Of a DNA stretch of 64,000 nt, positions 12,201 through 27,200 are shown piece by piece. Source of the DNA: Botryllus schlosseri. Taxonomy: Eukaryota. The notes under the pieces are model-generated. The model was not told the DNA's origin and searched no databases. It was given only the letters and a program-made list of their open reading frames with translations. Positions within the stretch are counted from its first letter, which is position 1. Each line of letters opens with the position of its first letter. The DNA lies in NCBI GenBank assembly GCA_051294905.1, contig CM119372.1:8310001-8374000 (forward strand). The letters run 5' to 3'. Made by a program: the position numbers and the translations under genes.

Positions 12201-15200
12201 AAACTAATATCCAATCCTAATGTCCACTTTTCGCATTTTGAATGCGGATTTCTTTCATTATTCATCGACTGTCCAATCTACTCATAGCTTCGAACACCAA
12301 ACACTTACGGCTTTCGCATTCAGTTTCGGGAACGCACGTCCTATTGGTGAGACTCTTTCTGATGAACCCGGGCCCACACACGCAATTATCTGCCACGCAT
12401 TGTTGAGTACATACGACCGGTTCAAGTGGCTGATTACAATAGTCCTGACACGCACTCGCGCACTCTCTGAAGATTTTCGGGAAGGAGCAGATATCTGGAA
12501 AAATATAAAGGCGTATGTGCGCTTGGTTTGACTTGTACAGCAGTTTGAAAATGTTGTTTGTTCAATATTTGTGTTGTATATACTAAAATCCAATTATGAA
12601 TGATGGAAATCTGACATGGAAGTTACCTATAACTTTGTTGTAAGTTCACTCGTCTTATACACTGCACCTGCACCGAGAGGCACACCGTCCGATTCTAACC
12701 AAGCTGAAGATTTACGATACTCGCTCTACTGAACGCGTGCGCAACCAGATTAGGTATATCTTGGGCTGCATTTAAGACAAAAATCAAACACTGTTTTTTA
12801 TTGTGTTTTTTTAAGTTTTTTTTATCCATGACACCACGAATCGTGAATTGGGACGTCACAGTGGATTAGCATTGATAACTCTGGTCAACAAAATAAAAAA
12901 AATTTTTTTAGGCAGAACATCTGAGAGCCGTTTCCGGGGTTTTTGAGGTTGCTGATTACGAATATCACATTAGTTTTGTCAGACCGGCTCTCTGTCAGAA
13001 GATATTTATACCCCTAAAAAAGCCCAAAATTACTGTATTTACCCTCAAATATTTCACTTGGTAGGAAGAAAATCGTAGTTTTTTCTCATTTTATACTGCG
13101 CATAAATGGCCAATTGACTATGAAGAACCCTCATGTCATTCTCAGTCGTTCTATCAATATTCACATGGCATGATGCGAAATATTTGTTTGTTAAAAAAGC
13201 AATTTGTCAAGCCTAAAAATTGTACTTTTGCACAACGGAAATTCATATTTTTCTGTATCAATTGGTCATTCTACCAAGATTAAAGAGGAGTATAAAACCA
13301 TAAAATTTGTCCTTGAAAGGCTTGACTACAATACTCATATGTGTCTCATTTCTTTTGACTGGTAAATGGATAATTTTCCACTGATTTAACAAAGTGGTAT
13401 ACCTAGTAACCCTATCAAACGAGAAGCTTAAATCTGGTGTCTGGTATATTCGAATACCGATGAAAGATTCCAATTTCACATTAGGAAGGAGTTCACAGCA
13501 ATGTTCCCTCTAATTTTTCGCGAGTCTGCGCAAACATGCCAACTCACTGCGCAGGCCCTTGGACAACAGTTCGCAACCAGGCCCCCATATGGTGATAAGC
13601 CGAACTTCTGGGGGGCTTCGCCCCCCAGACCCCCTCAGACATGGGGTGATTACTTCATGAATGTAATCGATTGCGATTACGATTACAGTAAAATCAGGAA
13701 GTAGTCGATTACGATTACATTGGAAAAGTAATCACGATTACTCACGATTACATTTATTTTGCATCTTAGAAGCTATGCTGGAAGACAATATATGGATTGC
13801 GCCGAAAAGGCCTAATGAGATAACAAACTCATTTTAAAAAAGATGCGTCATTTGCTTGTTACGTCATAATGTACCCATTTCCCATTTTTATAGAGGTCAA
13901 TTTATCGCGCCCAACGATTTGCGTTCTTGTCAGGGCCATAACTGCCGCACCCCAAATTTCCCAATAGGGTGGAGAGCGAGATCGAAGGGGACTCAAAAAG
14001 TATTTCGTAAACAAACCTAAGTTATAGAGTATTTTCGAGAGATCTAATTAGCTTGAAAATCCTGTCTAGATCAGTGATTCCCAACCGCGGCTCCCAGCTA
14101 GCCTACTTGCGGCTACCATTGACGTTGGAAAATCCAACAAAAATAATAAAAAATCAATCTATAACAAAAAAAAAATGATATTCAAAAATTACACTTGCTT
14201 GGCTTAATCTGGAGTTTATAATTGGTGGAGACCAATTCCTTGGCTGTCGAGTAGCGATTCTCTACTCAGCAACGATTTCGTTATTCAACTCACGTCAAAA
14301 AGTATCCTCACACTCAAATACGTTTGGATCGGCACTCAAATCTAAGTCTGCGCAGTTACAGATTTAATTAAGTCTAGGTGGTGTTACAACACGTTTTACA
14401 ACGCTATATGACCATCAAACCAATGGATCATTTGACTTGATTGTTAAGTTCAACGGCCGCATTGACGGAATAAATGCTTTTTTGCCCATGGATGAAATTG
14501 TTTTCATGTCCTATTGTAGGTAATGAGGCGACTGACCCTAGTAATTTAGAACTTGAGTTGCTAGACATGCAGTCAGATAGAAGAAATTACGATTAGTTCG
14601 TGCGTCTCACGAAAGTTTTTCTTTTAGTCTGCTGCGTTTGAGCCACTACAATATCTTTTGATTATATAACAAACCGAAGGTCACGAATTAACAACATACA
14701 CTAAAGTAATTATGACAAGATACCAGCGATAATAATTATGAATTACGTGCTCCCAGCTCTGCAGGTAGGTGTAGTTGTGTGACGAGATAGCGTAGTGGTA
14801 TAATCCACGGCTGCAACACCGATGGGTTGCGGGTTCGAGTCCGACCGAGGTCGACATCAGAATTCCTACCAAAGTGCTGGAGGTTTATCTATGCTCATCC
14901 TCGCCGCCTCATCCGCGTAAGCGGTGTCTTACAAAAAGCCTAGAAGTGGGCCGTGCTACAAGTCGGCAGATACGGAATCAAAAATGTAGAAAATCGGCCT
15001 GCTGTAAATGACAAACTAGGGATGGTGTGAACCTCTGAAAGGTTCAGGTTCGTGTGAACGCGAACCTTTTTGAAAGGTTCTGTGTGAACGCGAACGTAAA
15101 CCTCATGACGTCACGTGACGTCACGTGACGTCATGTTGCTAATTCCGACTCTGCATTTCAGTGAAGTGATAGCCTTGCTATACCTAACGACGACTCGGGC

Positions 15201-18200
15201 CACAATGCTGAAGTACAAATTGACATTTTAAACGTGTACAGATGTATCAACTGGGGCAATCAATTGATATAATCATTCTAGAAAATCAATATCTTCCGTC
15301 GCTTTGCCAACAATTTCGACGAGGACTTGCAAGGGAATATAAGCTTACGCCCCAACGGTCTAGGCCAGACCGGACAATGTATTCGGCGTCCGAGTATTGC
15401 TATAGGTTGATATTGAGCAGAGTGTAAAATGAGTTTCTATTTGCTACCGATATTATAGCATTAAGAAGTTATACAGCAGTAGCCAATACTCGAATCGCAC
15501 GGATTTGGTTTTTATGATAAAATATTCATATGAAATCAAGATTGACCCCGGACGCCTGCTAGAATTTTTACATCAGACATCGATATCAATTTCATTGATT
15601 GGTTGAATAAGCATCATGCGCTGACTATGACTACCTAGGTAGGTACCTACATGTAGTGTATTTCGCTCTCGATGTTGTGTGATTGCGGGTCAAGCTTACA
15701 GTCGAGAGTCACTAGATATTAACAAACGAAAAGCTGGATATTTCGAGCAAACTTTTGTAACAAAGCAACTAAAATTTGTGAGATGGTCAAGGTGCATGCT
15801 CGTTTAGTGTTGATTTTTTATGCTGCCAGCGCCATGCACGGAGTGGCCCGCAGTTGAAATGCAATAAATTTCAACCAAAGATGTTATAATGAAGTGAAAA
15901 TTGTAATATATGAAAAAGGTTCACATTGCAGAACCTATCAAGGTTCGTTTGTGAACGTGAACCTCTAAATTTATGAGGTTCACACACAGAACGCGAACGT
16001 GAACCTCTCGTTCACACCATCCCTATGACAAACACCATGATTACGTCAGACGAACAACCTCTACAGGTAAATCTGACCATCGGGGGCTGAGAGAGGATTA
16101 AAAATTATTGCAATTACTAATATTATTGACGAAATTCAACTTGGGATTACCACCAACGTCTGGACTGGGGGACGAATTGCTGTTTTGGTCCTGATTCCAG
16201 CTACAACCCACGCTAACATGATATATAAGCGGCAGGTCCAAATGTTGAGAAAATAATTGTGAAATAACGATTGACGCCCGTTTCAAGTAGAGTCATATGA
16301 GAATATGACGAAGCGAACATAAAATTCTGCCTTCAACTTAATACAGATATTGTACTGCAAGCTGCAGTTACGAGAAACGGCAAAAACGGCTCGGTTATGA
16401 TATATATATTATACATCACCAGCTGTTGATTTTTACTGATTCGTTGTGGAAACCGCAATGTTTTATTTGACTAGTACAAAATTTAAAATCATTGTCCGGT
16501 GTACGTACGTACTAGATAGGCCTACTGCTCGCCAAGCAGCAACGGTTAAACTGCGGTTAAATGAGCATAACCAGACATCAACACATAAGTTACTATTTTA
16601 AACTATAGGCAGAGCGGTGACAAATTATACTGCTGCGAGGTAGTGGCGTGTGGAACGTGTTGATAACCTGATACACAGCACGGCGGGTGTTCTTACAATC
16701 ACGCTAATGTACGACGTACGTACAATCGTACATCGAATATCTATGTACTGTGGATACTTCGTATGCAATGACGCGCAAAGCTAATAGGCTGCTTCTGGCG
16801 TAATCATGAGCAGTGGCGTTTGAAAATCAGACGTTTGTGCTATCACGAACCTGGTATAATATCTCTTCCTTGTTCACGAATGTTCATATGTCATAGTCCT
16901 TGTACAAACAAAAAGTCATCGTTCTTTCACAGAGAAATCGATTAGATATGGGAAGTAGTCGATTACGATTACGATTACTTCGTAATTTTTTCGAATGTAA
17001 TCGATTGCGATTACGATTACTTGAAAATGCTGTAATCGTCGTAATCGATTACGATTACTAATCGCGATTACCCCATGTCTGGACCCCCTCAAGCTGTACG
17101 CTGTTAACCGCTACTTATCTGCCTCATTAGGTCTACGTTTACTGAGGCACCTTTTCTCGGCTAAACGCACGAAGCGCGAGAAATTTTTATAATTCATGAC
17201 TGAATCGGTCAATATGATCGGGAATTGCGTATATATTACTATCAATGTCTATATTCTCTCTGCTCACGTAATCTGATTTACCGGTAGAGCTGAGGGAGGT
17301 GTGTTTGAAAAGGAAGGACCCCTCAATAATAATTTAACATCTCCCGGTGTACATACCCGTTGGCAGGAACGAAACAGCACTTCGTTAGCCCCCCTCCCCC
17401 CAAAAAACTCCCCCTGCCCCAAAAAAACTTGAGTCTTGGGCTCCCATACGGTGATAAAATGGCCCCTCCCCATTACATTGTTCGCTTTTGCCACGAAATT
17501 ATAGTGGTACTGTATAGTGAGTCAGCGTGAGGCGCGAAACTTTTTGATAATTCATGATAAAATCGGTCAATAAGATCGGGAAATGCATATTTTTTGCTAT
17601 CAATACCTTGTCCTCTCTGGTCACGTATAATCAGATTTACAGGTAGAGCTGGGTAAGGTGTCTTTGAACTGCAGAGCCCGTAAAAATAATTGGACATCTT
17701 TGGGCGGGCGGACCCGTTGGTATCACTTCGTTACATGATGTTATTTCGTGAACTCCTGTCTGCTATATGAAAAAAATATAGAATTGTGAGGTTCAGATTG
17801 CCAAGACAGGAACATTCGGCGCCAGTCATTTAAGCGCCTATATGGACGATTAAACCTATATGTATTTTGTATATATAACGAAGTTTTCGGTCAGCATAGG
17901 GCAGTCCTTTACGGCCAAGGTTTTCTCGCTGCCGATCGTTCTGGCACACTTCTTGCAGTCGCATGTTACATGGCCTAAAACTTTATATGTCTTAGTGCGT
18001 CATGGCGCGGTAATGGCTAACGCCGATATGCCCATTTCTATAAATCTAGCGTATTTTTTATTGGGGAAAGAGTTCCCAATATTCAAAATATTTGGCGACT
18101 GGAAATCGCGCGCAGTGCGAAAAATCTTTGAAAAAGTTGCATAAATTTTTGGAACATACCCTGTAATTTATGCTAATTCACGAAATAATTTTGGGCCCCC

Positions 18201-21200
18201 TTCGAGCTCGCCCCCTCCCAATTGGGGGGTGTGGGGTGCGGCAGTTACGGCCCCGCGACTACGAAGTGGGAACAATTCACCATTTTTCAGTATTTCCCTC
18301 CGGTATTGCAAAAGTGTCCTCTTTTCAGATTTCCAAAATATGGTAATCCTAGGTATTACCTTATCGACAGAAAACTCCCGTTCAAACGAATTGAATGTAA
18401 TCAAAATTTTTGCTGCTGAGAAGCTGATGTAATTCAACGCCCTACAGTGCACAGTTGCAGCGTTTCCCGATCAACGTTTGCAAGGGGATGGATTTTTCAA
18501 CAACGTTAGTGCTTGGTACTTGCATTCTGCATATTTTCCTATCTCATCATACATGATCACTGATCAGATTTGCCTGATGAAAGTGATGACTTCGAAAATC
18601 CACGGCATGTAATTGTACAGTAAATCTTACGCATTCGTTGGTTTCTCGCTGATTAAATTCGCGCTAGCCCATTGTTATTTAGTTAAACCATGTTATTTCG
18701 CCATTTCCAGAAAAGATTGTGCTACTGAAATGATATCAGTATCGCTCACGCGTACGAGACCATACTAAAAGAAATATATTTTTCGTGAGGCGCACGTCAT
18801 TGCAAATTATCATTTCTTCACAGAGCGCAATATTTACCTTTACTGGCCGCACTTGTACCTCGGTTTCAGACTTCACCGATAACACTATTGGCCCCTGGCA
18901 ATGTTCTCTCTGATTTTTTCACGATTCTGCGCGCTTGCGCGGTCCCTTGGAGAACAACAATTAAAAAAAAAAGTCATCCCTACAGATTTTTTGTGCGCAG
19001 CTAAGATTTTCTGTGCGCAGAGACCGGTTCAGCACTGCGCATTTGCGCACGTGCGCAGCTTAGAGGGAACATTGGTTCACAGCATGTAATTTATCCTAAG
19101 ATGTAGTAAATAAAACTTTTTAGATGGTCACAAAGCACCCAACTACAAACAGTTGGTCCGAAAATTCGTATCTGCATATCGAACACTCGAGCACAAACAC
19201 GAGCATAAAAGCTCACTTCCTGTCCAGTCATCTTGATATATATCCTTATCATTTTGTTGATTAGCAAGGGAAGAGGTTCTACCAAGACATCAGAACAACA
19301 AACGAAAGATTCCAGAGCAGATGAGATGAACCATTGCACATATTATATCAGACCATTTCCGGAACCTTTCGAGAAACTGCACTAAATAGCTTACAGGCGA
19401 AAATCGTACAAAAAACAATTTCGATTTAAAATATATCAGTAATATTGTATTCCAACTGATTATTTCAAATTTACAATAGGTGGTTGACGTATAACTGATT
19501 GAATTAATGCCACGCTACTTGAGTATCTCGGTAAATACTTATATACATGACTGGAGTTTATTTATGTACATGATATCCGTGAAAGTCAGTAACTATGATA
19601 AATCCATTACCCCTAAATATAGTGCTGTTGCTGTATTTTGATTTAAAATGGTCTTCTGTGTGTAAAAATAACAAGTAGATCGAATTTCTAAACTATATAG
19701 TACGACTAAGCCTATTTTTTATCTAGTCAATACCGCGAAAATGGGAGATTTTGGTCGAAATAGCCCCATGGGTTATCTCCACAACAAGAGCCAATTTGAA
19801 AAAACTTAGGTCATATTCGGAATCAGTGCCCTTCAGAACCCCCAAATCCACTCTTACTTTGTCTGCCTAAAAATATGTGTTGACTAGTGTAATAGAAGAT
19901 ATAGGGTAAATATGATCCCTTTGACGAAAAAGGTTTTCGACCACTGTCATAAACAGACGAAAATATCTTTAACAGGGACTGCATCGTTTTGCAGCATTTT
20001 CACGGTCGGCGGCCACCATCATCAAAACATCCATTCTGTACCAATGATATATAACAGGGGTGGGCCGACCTGCTTCATGCGCGAGACGCAGATAAAAAAT
20101 TTTGGCTTTAAATGAGCCACAACACAAAAATTCAAAAATTCGGATTTATTACGTCACAATGAAATATAGGCTATCGAATGAAGTTTATTATTGTGTGGTG
20201 ATACGGTGCGTCTACACCTGGGCTGCAAGGTGTCTGAAATCAGGCTAATATGACGTGGAAGCAGTGCGGAGCAGCTTCTTCAAGTGCTAATGAGCAATTA
20301 AGGAAGATTTCAGCTCGGTAATCTTATTAGTCCGTAAATCTGTCTTCGATGGGCAACTCGTGGCAGAGTTTTGGTGTTTGGTTTCGTAATGACGTTTGAA
20401 GTTACTGTCCTATTTTCCTGTTTATACTTTCTTTTCTTGCAATTATCGCTCGACGACATTTTCATGGCCAAACTCCGGAGTTATTCCTAGCTTTTACAGT
20501 ACAAATGGAAGTCCTCTATTCCCCGTTGCTAGCCCGGAAAGGATTGTGGCCTGAGCTGGCGTGATCAATTATCAAGTTCATTGTTGAACACAGTGATTTA
20601 TCATTGATTGGTAACCAGGCACCCTTATTGCGGGTGGAACGTTTATGAAAACTCGATTCGAGAGGTCAATTGCAAAGTTCTAACCTTGTAGTGCCACCTT
20701 CCCCAAAATTTTACAAGTCTTGCGTAAACCATAAGGAAAGAAACAACACGAAAACAATGTGCATATTGTTAATACGCGATAGAATGCATCAATTTCTAAT
20801 CGGGTTAAACCTCATTAGAAAAATGGCGAAGCGCAAGTGCAATCATTAAAGAGCCGCAATCGAAGGCTGAAAGAGCCGCATGCGGCTCGCGGGGCGCAGT
20901 TTGCCCACCCCTGATATATACCCATTATGCCTTCATGCTAATGATGCTATATCTGTTGAACTGACGACGATTACGAGGGTCCCAGCCATTCCACATCGTA
21001 TACGTCGACTATATCGGGTGCAAATCGTCCGTAGGCTCATACTACATGTTTTTCCGAAAGTATTTACACGAATATTTTTTTAAAAACACCAGTTGTGTCA
21101 AATGCAACCTCAAGTATATCTGCATCTAGCCTGTATACCGGAAGATGGAAGTATCGAATGTGACATGTATAATGGAAATAACGCTTGTAGGGCTAGAACT

Positions 21201-24200
21201 TGATTAGAGATTAATGGAACCAGATACGCATATATCTATATCAGGGGGGGGCAATTATATTCCTCCGCGGGCCAAATGAGAAGTTGAAAATACGTTGGTG
21301 GGCCGAGTAAAACTTTCTAGCCATATTCTCCAGCGTATTTTAATTTTATTTCTAAATGACATTGTTAATAAATGCTGCTCACTAATGTGTTCATATCATG
21401 AGAAAGTGGCGGTTAATTTAAAAATTATCTATTTGCCGTCATGATCCGAAACAAATGATAAACATATACATTTTAACTCTCTTCAAACCCATATCCAAGT
21501 TCTTCTATTAAGACTCTAAATCAGTGGTTCTCCGACTTTTTTAGGCACGCTACCCTTTAGGATAGTGAAAACTTACCCGCTCCCCTTATCATGATATCAA
21601 AAAATATTAAAAAGTGTAACCAGAATGCTAGCAATCCCTACGGATAGTTTGATGGCATGGAAGATTATGGCTGTTGATGAGTGAATTCTGAAATATCAAA
21701 GTAGGACGATACACAGAGCAACCTGTAAGCTAGCGGTATATCGCGCGGAGCGCGAAAAAAAAATTTCAATAAACTTCGGCTTCGCGCCCCCTTCTGATGC
21801 TTTGTCCCCCCCCCCCCACAGTTCGAGAACCAATGCACTGAAATGTATATGCAATAGCACAAAGCTTATTTTCTTCGTCGCTGCCTTCCGAGCCGTGTGT
21901 AGCTCAAATAGACTTGTTGTTGGGTGAAGCTTGCAATTTTTCTGAACCTCTTGACTGAGTGTATCGTGTTTTTGTCATAAGACCGACATTAATTAAAATC
22001 CGTAATCTCGGCGACATGGCCGGCAAAAACTAAGAGGACGGGTTTACCCTTGACTTCCATATACAAATATTTAGTGCCAAGTCCACACCTTCTTTGAACG
22101 TCAGTTTTCGGCTTTCATTTTGGCATGCCCGTTAATCCATTATGGGTGATAGAAATAGATATAATACAGTAATCCCGAGCACTGATTGACTTGTTTTACG
22201 AATTAGGGATTTGAAAACGTATCACGTAACAATTTGAAACACAAACCGTATAATGTGTAATGTGACAATGACAACAAAGAAGGTTCGAACTGAACTATAT
22301 GGAAAGACTGATTTCTTGTGACTTCAATTGCTACTCATACTTTGCTACATTGCCTTTATTTTGAATCTGGATTGCGCATGCGAGGTACGTAGGCACTTTC
22401 ATCGTGGCATATCAATGAACGAATTTCCTGTTTAGTTGATACATCCTATGGTTTCAGTCATTCGAAAAGCAAGTTTTATGTTTTGAATTCTAAGCAACCT
22501 TTCTCGGGCCACACAGAATAGCTTCGCGGGCCCACTTTGCCCAGGCCTGATCTATATAGATACGGGTATCAATTTCCGTACATTTTTAATATTAGCTCAT
22601 TCTACTTACCACTGTAGACTTTTCAAACTCTCTTTAGTTTTGAACGTATTTTTTACCTTGAGTACCGTTCCGTACGCATCTTCCGCCGGAGTTAAATGCT
22701 ATGTCGCCGGGAGCTACGAATCTGTCGCACACCAGACCTTGTTCCTCATCACAGAGACCTTCGATGTCCCATGGTCCTCCGCACTGTTCTCCAAGTCCTT
22801 TGGAACATTCGTCGCAGCAACTATATACGAAAAGAAAACAGAAATCGTGTTTTATGGTTCTTTTGATAATACGAAAATGACCAAAAGACCCCGCTACATT
22901 AGAGTCACCGTGAAAATTATTTCGGTGGTGGCTATTTGTTTGTATATAGCAGGGTTCGGGAAACAGTTTTCGCCAAAAGAGCCATTTGGCCCAACATTTT
23001 CCTTTGTAATTCCCAAAGAGCAATGCAACGATTTCGATCAACTTCTATGTCACAATTGAAGATTAGTCACGTCACTGGAACACGGAATCGAAGTTCACTA
23101 CATGAGATTCATCATATATGATGTTTGATTACATTTCATTGATTTTCCCGTAGCCTATTCGCTGTTAGTCGCTCAAACTTTTAGTTGTTAACAGTAGCTT
23201 GAAACAATTTTCTGTGTTTGTAGTTTTCAGTACTCATGATTAGGAATAGTTCGAATACGTTCGAGTTTTTTTTTTAATTAAAGGGTATTCTACGTATCAT
23301 GAATGGAACATGAATAGGTTGAGATTGTAGCTAATTACGTCGCTACGGTTGTCAAAGAGCACCTCTCTACCGAATCAGTTACATGTTTAACAGTAATTGT
23401 AATTGTAATTGTAATTTAATTGATTACATGTTTAACAGTAATTGTAATTTGATATTTTTAGCATTGAGTAATTGTAATTGTAATTGAACTGAATTATTGT
23501 AATTCATCCAACTATGGCAGTGGTTCCCAAACGGTGGGGAATTACCCACTGGTGGGGAATAGACGCATTTGTTCAAAATTCTGTACAGGACAGTCTATAT
23601 TCACGCAAACACATGCGCAATTACCGTTACCAGAAATCTGCTCTGGAATGTAGGCCCATGTATCGAAAATTATATTGCGTGTTGTTCGCAAAACCTCATT
23701 TTTAACACTGGATGGCCAATGATCGCGTCACAAATGCATCCAGCACGACTAGTTTGACGTGAAATAACACTTTCGCGAAATTTTGAGCGTTACTGGTATC
23801 GGCTCAAAATACGTTTTATGTTGCAGTTATAGGCGATTGTCTTGCGTGCTGGTGTGGTTGTATGTCTTGTGTAGTCAAACCAGCAAATAGCAACTCTGTG
23901 ATGACAAAAGTGCTGGGTAGGTGGGAACAGGACCGCAATTGCCGGGTGCGTCATTTATTATTGCCTAATATCTGATTATTGGGTACCTTTCCCCAGGGTT
24001 GTAACCAAGTCACAAGGCTCCGAGTCACAAGTCAATCTCACTTTTATAGTTTTGAATCGAGTCAAGTCGAGTCATTTCAATTCACCACCGAGTCAAGTCC
24101 GAGTCCAAGTCAGCGAGCAGAGTGCCGAGTCCGAGTCGTGGAATTATGACTCGAGTCAGATTCCAAGTCATTGTGTTGACTGCTCGGTTTCCAGTTTAAG

Positions 24201-27200
24201 TCTTGGTAAACCCACTTTTTATAACTCTGTTTGGTGATATCGAATGGTTAGCATTTATAATATACCAATTTTTCTCACTTTTAGCAGCTTATGGTCGCAT
24301 TTTCAATTACCAGTGACAACAGACGAAATCCCAATAGTGTGCTGGCTTCGGAATTACAATGAAATGTCGGTCTTGGCTGTCTGAGTCTCGAGTCAATGAC
24401 TTGGTTCGAGTCATGCACAACGACTCGAGTCCAAGTCGTGTCAATAAACAGATTGACTCGAGTTGAGTCGAGTCACTTCCGTATTTTGAATAAATGACTC
24501 GAGTCAAGTCGAGTCATCAGAAAATCGTGACTCGAGTCGGACTTGAGTTGAGTCACGACTCGATTCATTACAACCATGCCCTTCCCCCACGAAAATACGT
24601 AGAATTTATAGAACTGGAGACTTCGTCGTCGGCCATTACTGCGCCACGACACACCAAGGCATATGAAGTTATAGGCCATGTAACATACAACTCCGAGAAG
24701 TGTACCAGACCGATCAGCAGCGAGAAGATCTTGGCCGAGAAGGAATGCCCTTGTGGTGACCCAAAACTTCGATATATATAGGCCTACCATATACATATAT
24801 GTTTAATTGGCTAAATGGCTGGCGCCGAATGTTCCTGTCCTGGCGATCTGAACCCACATGACAAATGCCATCCCGCAGGGAAAAATTATTTGCCAGTAAA
24901 GCAATACCAATTTGAAATCATGCGTGGCTTTTAGTTTTGGCGATTTCCATATCTTTTGACATAGAAGATATAGGAGGTCACCAAATAGCATAATGTAACG
25001 AGGTCAATATACCAACGGGGCCGCCGAAGATGGTCAATTCTTATTTAGGGTTCCTACCTTTTCCAACGCACCTCACTCAGCACTACCGGTAAATCTGATT
25101 ACGTGAGCAGAGAGGGGATAAAAATTGATAGCAAAATATATGCACTTCCCGATCATATTAGCCGATTCAAACACGAATTATATAATTTTTTCGCTCTTCG
25201 CGCGTTTGGTCGAAATAAGGCGACGTACTAAACAGTAGACCCTATGTAGCTGATAAGTTGCGTACAGGCTCTGGGGGCCCAAGACCAACGTTTTTTTGGC
25301 GGGGCTAACAAAGTGCTGTCACGGTCCTGGTGGGGAATTAAGGCTCGGAATAAATCTGAAGTGGGGAATGAAGACAAAGAGGTTGGGAACCACTGAACTA
25401 TATGGTAACATCAGGCTACTTAACAACCAGCACTGCAGATGGCTATGTTGGTAGTTTTGAATGTGCTTTTCTCTCTGATTAATCAATACTTATGCAATCC
25501 AAGATTTCAAGGATTGCGATGTGGGGTAAAGCGATTTCGTTGATGGTATGGGTTGACGGCGTTACAGCAATTATTCAGCAGACAATATTTAATATAAATT
25601 TTATGATTTTGAAAAGGGGATTCTGAGCACTTGAAAACCTTCAAAGAGCTTCTTGGAGGTACAGAACTTCAATATACAATTGAATAGTATATTCATATTG
25701 AAATGAACCCGAATATTTTAGGCTGGCACTCGTCAGCAACTAGTGGAGAATTGGAAAGAACATTGTATCAATCAATCAATCAGGTTTATTAATATTTTCA
25801 TCGTTTCAAAACATCACAAGACTGCGATACAATGTATATCAACAATCGTATCGCGAAACATGACGTCACCAGCATGAAATAAGAGAGCGTTCAATGCACT
25901 GTTTTAAGATGGTACACGAACTCCTTTTGTTGACAAAGCTTGGCTGATGTATTTTGATAAAGGTCGACTCCAGGGCCATCTTAAAATAGTACATTGAACG
26001 CTCTGTTATCTCATGCTGGTCCTATAACATGTCTAAAGCTAAAAATAAGTCAGATTCAACTTTTCCAGATTAGGACACGCCATGGACGCTAGATTACGAT
26101 ATGATAAGTAAATGCTATATTGTGAAACATCAGTTTGAAACGTTATGATGAGCCATATATACTGTGATAAAGTAGAGAAAAGTAAGTAAGTGGATCACAA
26201 AATATTACGCAGTAGAAGCAGCGGGAAATTAGATCTACTTAAGTAAGCACCCAAGTAGCGGAAAACTACTTCAGTACTTCAAAAAAGTAGAAGTACTTCA
26301 TTACTGACCACATCTGGCTGGTGCATGTGTCTTGATCAGATGACAATATAATCTGACGATTATTGATTGAAAATAAATAAATAAAAATACTAATCAGCCC
26401 TCAAGATTACCTGACCACAGTCTGACTTATCAACCGCGCCTACAGACACATGCTTCATTCATTTTTGTCGATTCCTTTTATGTTATCCGTTCTTAAATCC
26501 AGTGTACAGTGCATGCCTTTTATTTACATGCTGTAGGCCAAGGTGGGTATCTGATTAAAAGACTGCTCCAAGTCTTCCTGGCACCCTCCTATCTTCTCAT
26601 TATATCGCAAGCTTGTGGTGATTTGATAAACATTTTTACAAAATTATGATGATGATGAAAAACGAAAAGAACAACAAAACACACAGCATCATGGAACTAT
26701 TAGAAATGAAATAGAGCAATTGCAAATGCAATGTAGTGGTAGTTAGAGATCAGATAATGAAGACATTTTTTAGCTCAGAAGATTTGGTGGTAGCTTATTC
26801 CAAGTATTTACACCAATAAAACGGATTGAATTTTACACCGGACTGGTAGCTTTGTCCGCAGAAGGAGTTCGTGTACCTTAATACATTGGGGACGCTCTCT
26901 TATTTGAGATTTCATTCCATGGCGGTGACGTCATATTTCGTGATACGATTGTTGATATCCAATGTTGTTTCCAATTCTCTACTAGTCGCTGACGATTACC
27001 CCTGACGAGTGCCAGCCGAAAATATCCGAGTTCATTTCAATATGAATATACTATTCAATTAAAAACCTTATATACTTCACTTTCTCGACCTACCATAGAC
27101 TTGTCTCAGCTACCATAATGATAATGATTCTGGGCGTCATGAATAGGCCTATTTACTAGGGATGGTGAGAACGTGAGGTTCACGTTCGCGTTCTGTGTGT

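Larger units (their letters stand above)
13636..17081. mobile_element. hAT-like MITE with CGATTA/GATTAC subterminal arrays (nested)
   Basis: TIRs cagacatgggg/ccccatgtctg; perfect TSD gaccccct. Confidence 0.9.
13499..19074. mobile_element. Outer hAT-like MITE of a 5.6-kb nested transposon stack
   Basis: TIRs caatgttccctctaa/ttagagggaacattg; perfect TSD gttcacag. Confidence 0.9.

Noticed and set aside
14778..14855. Possible tRNA genes here and at about 33520
   Set aside because: The tRNA-like head continues into a shared non-tRNA body and I could not build a convincing cloverleaf; treated as a SINE.
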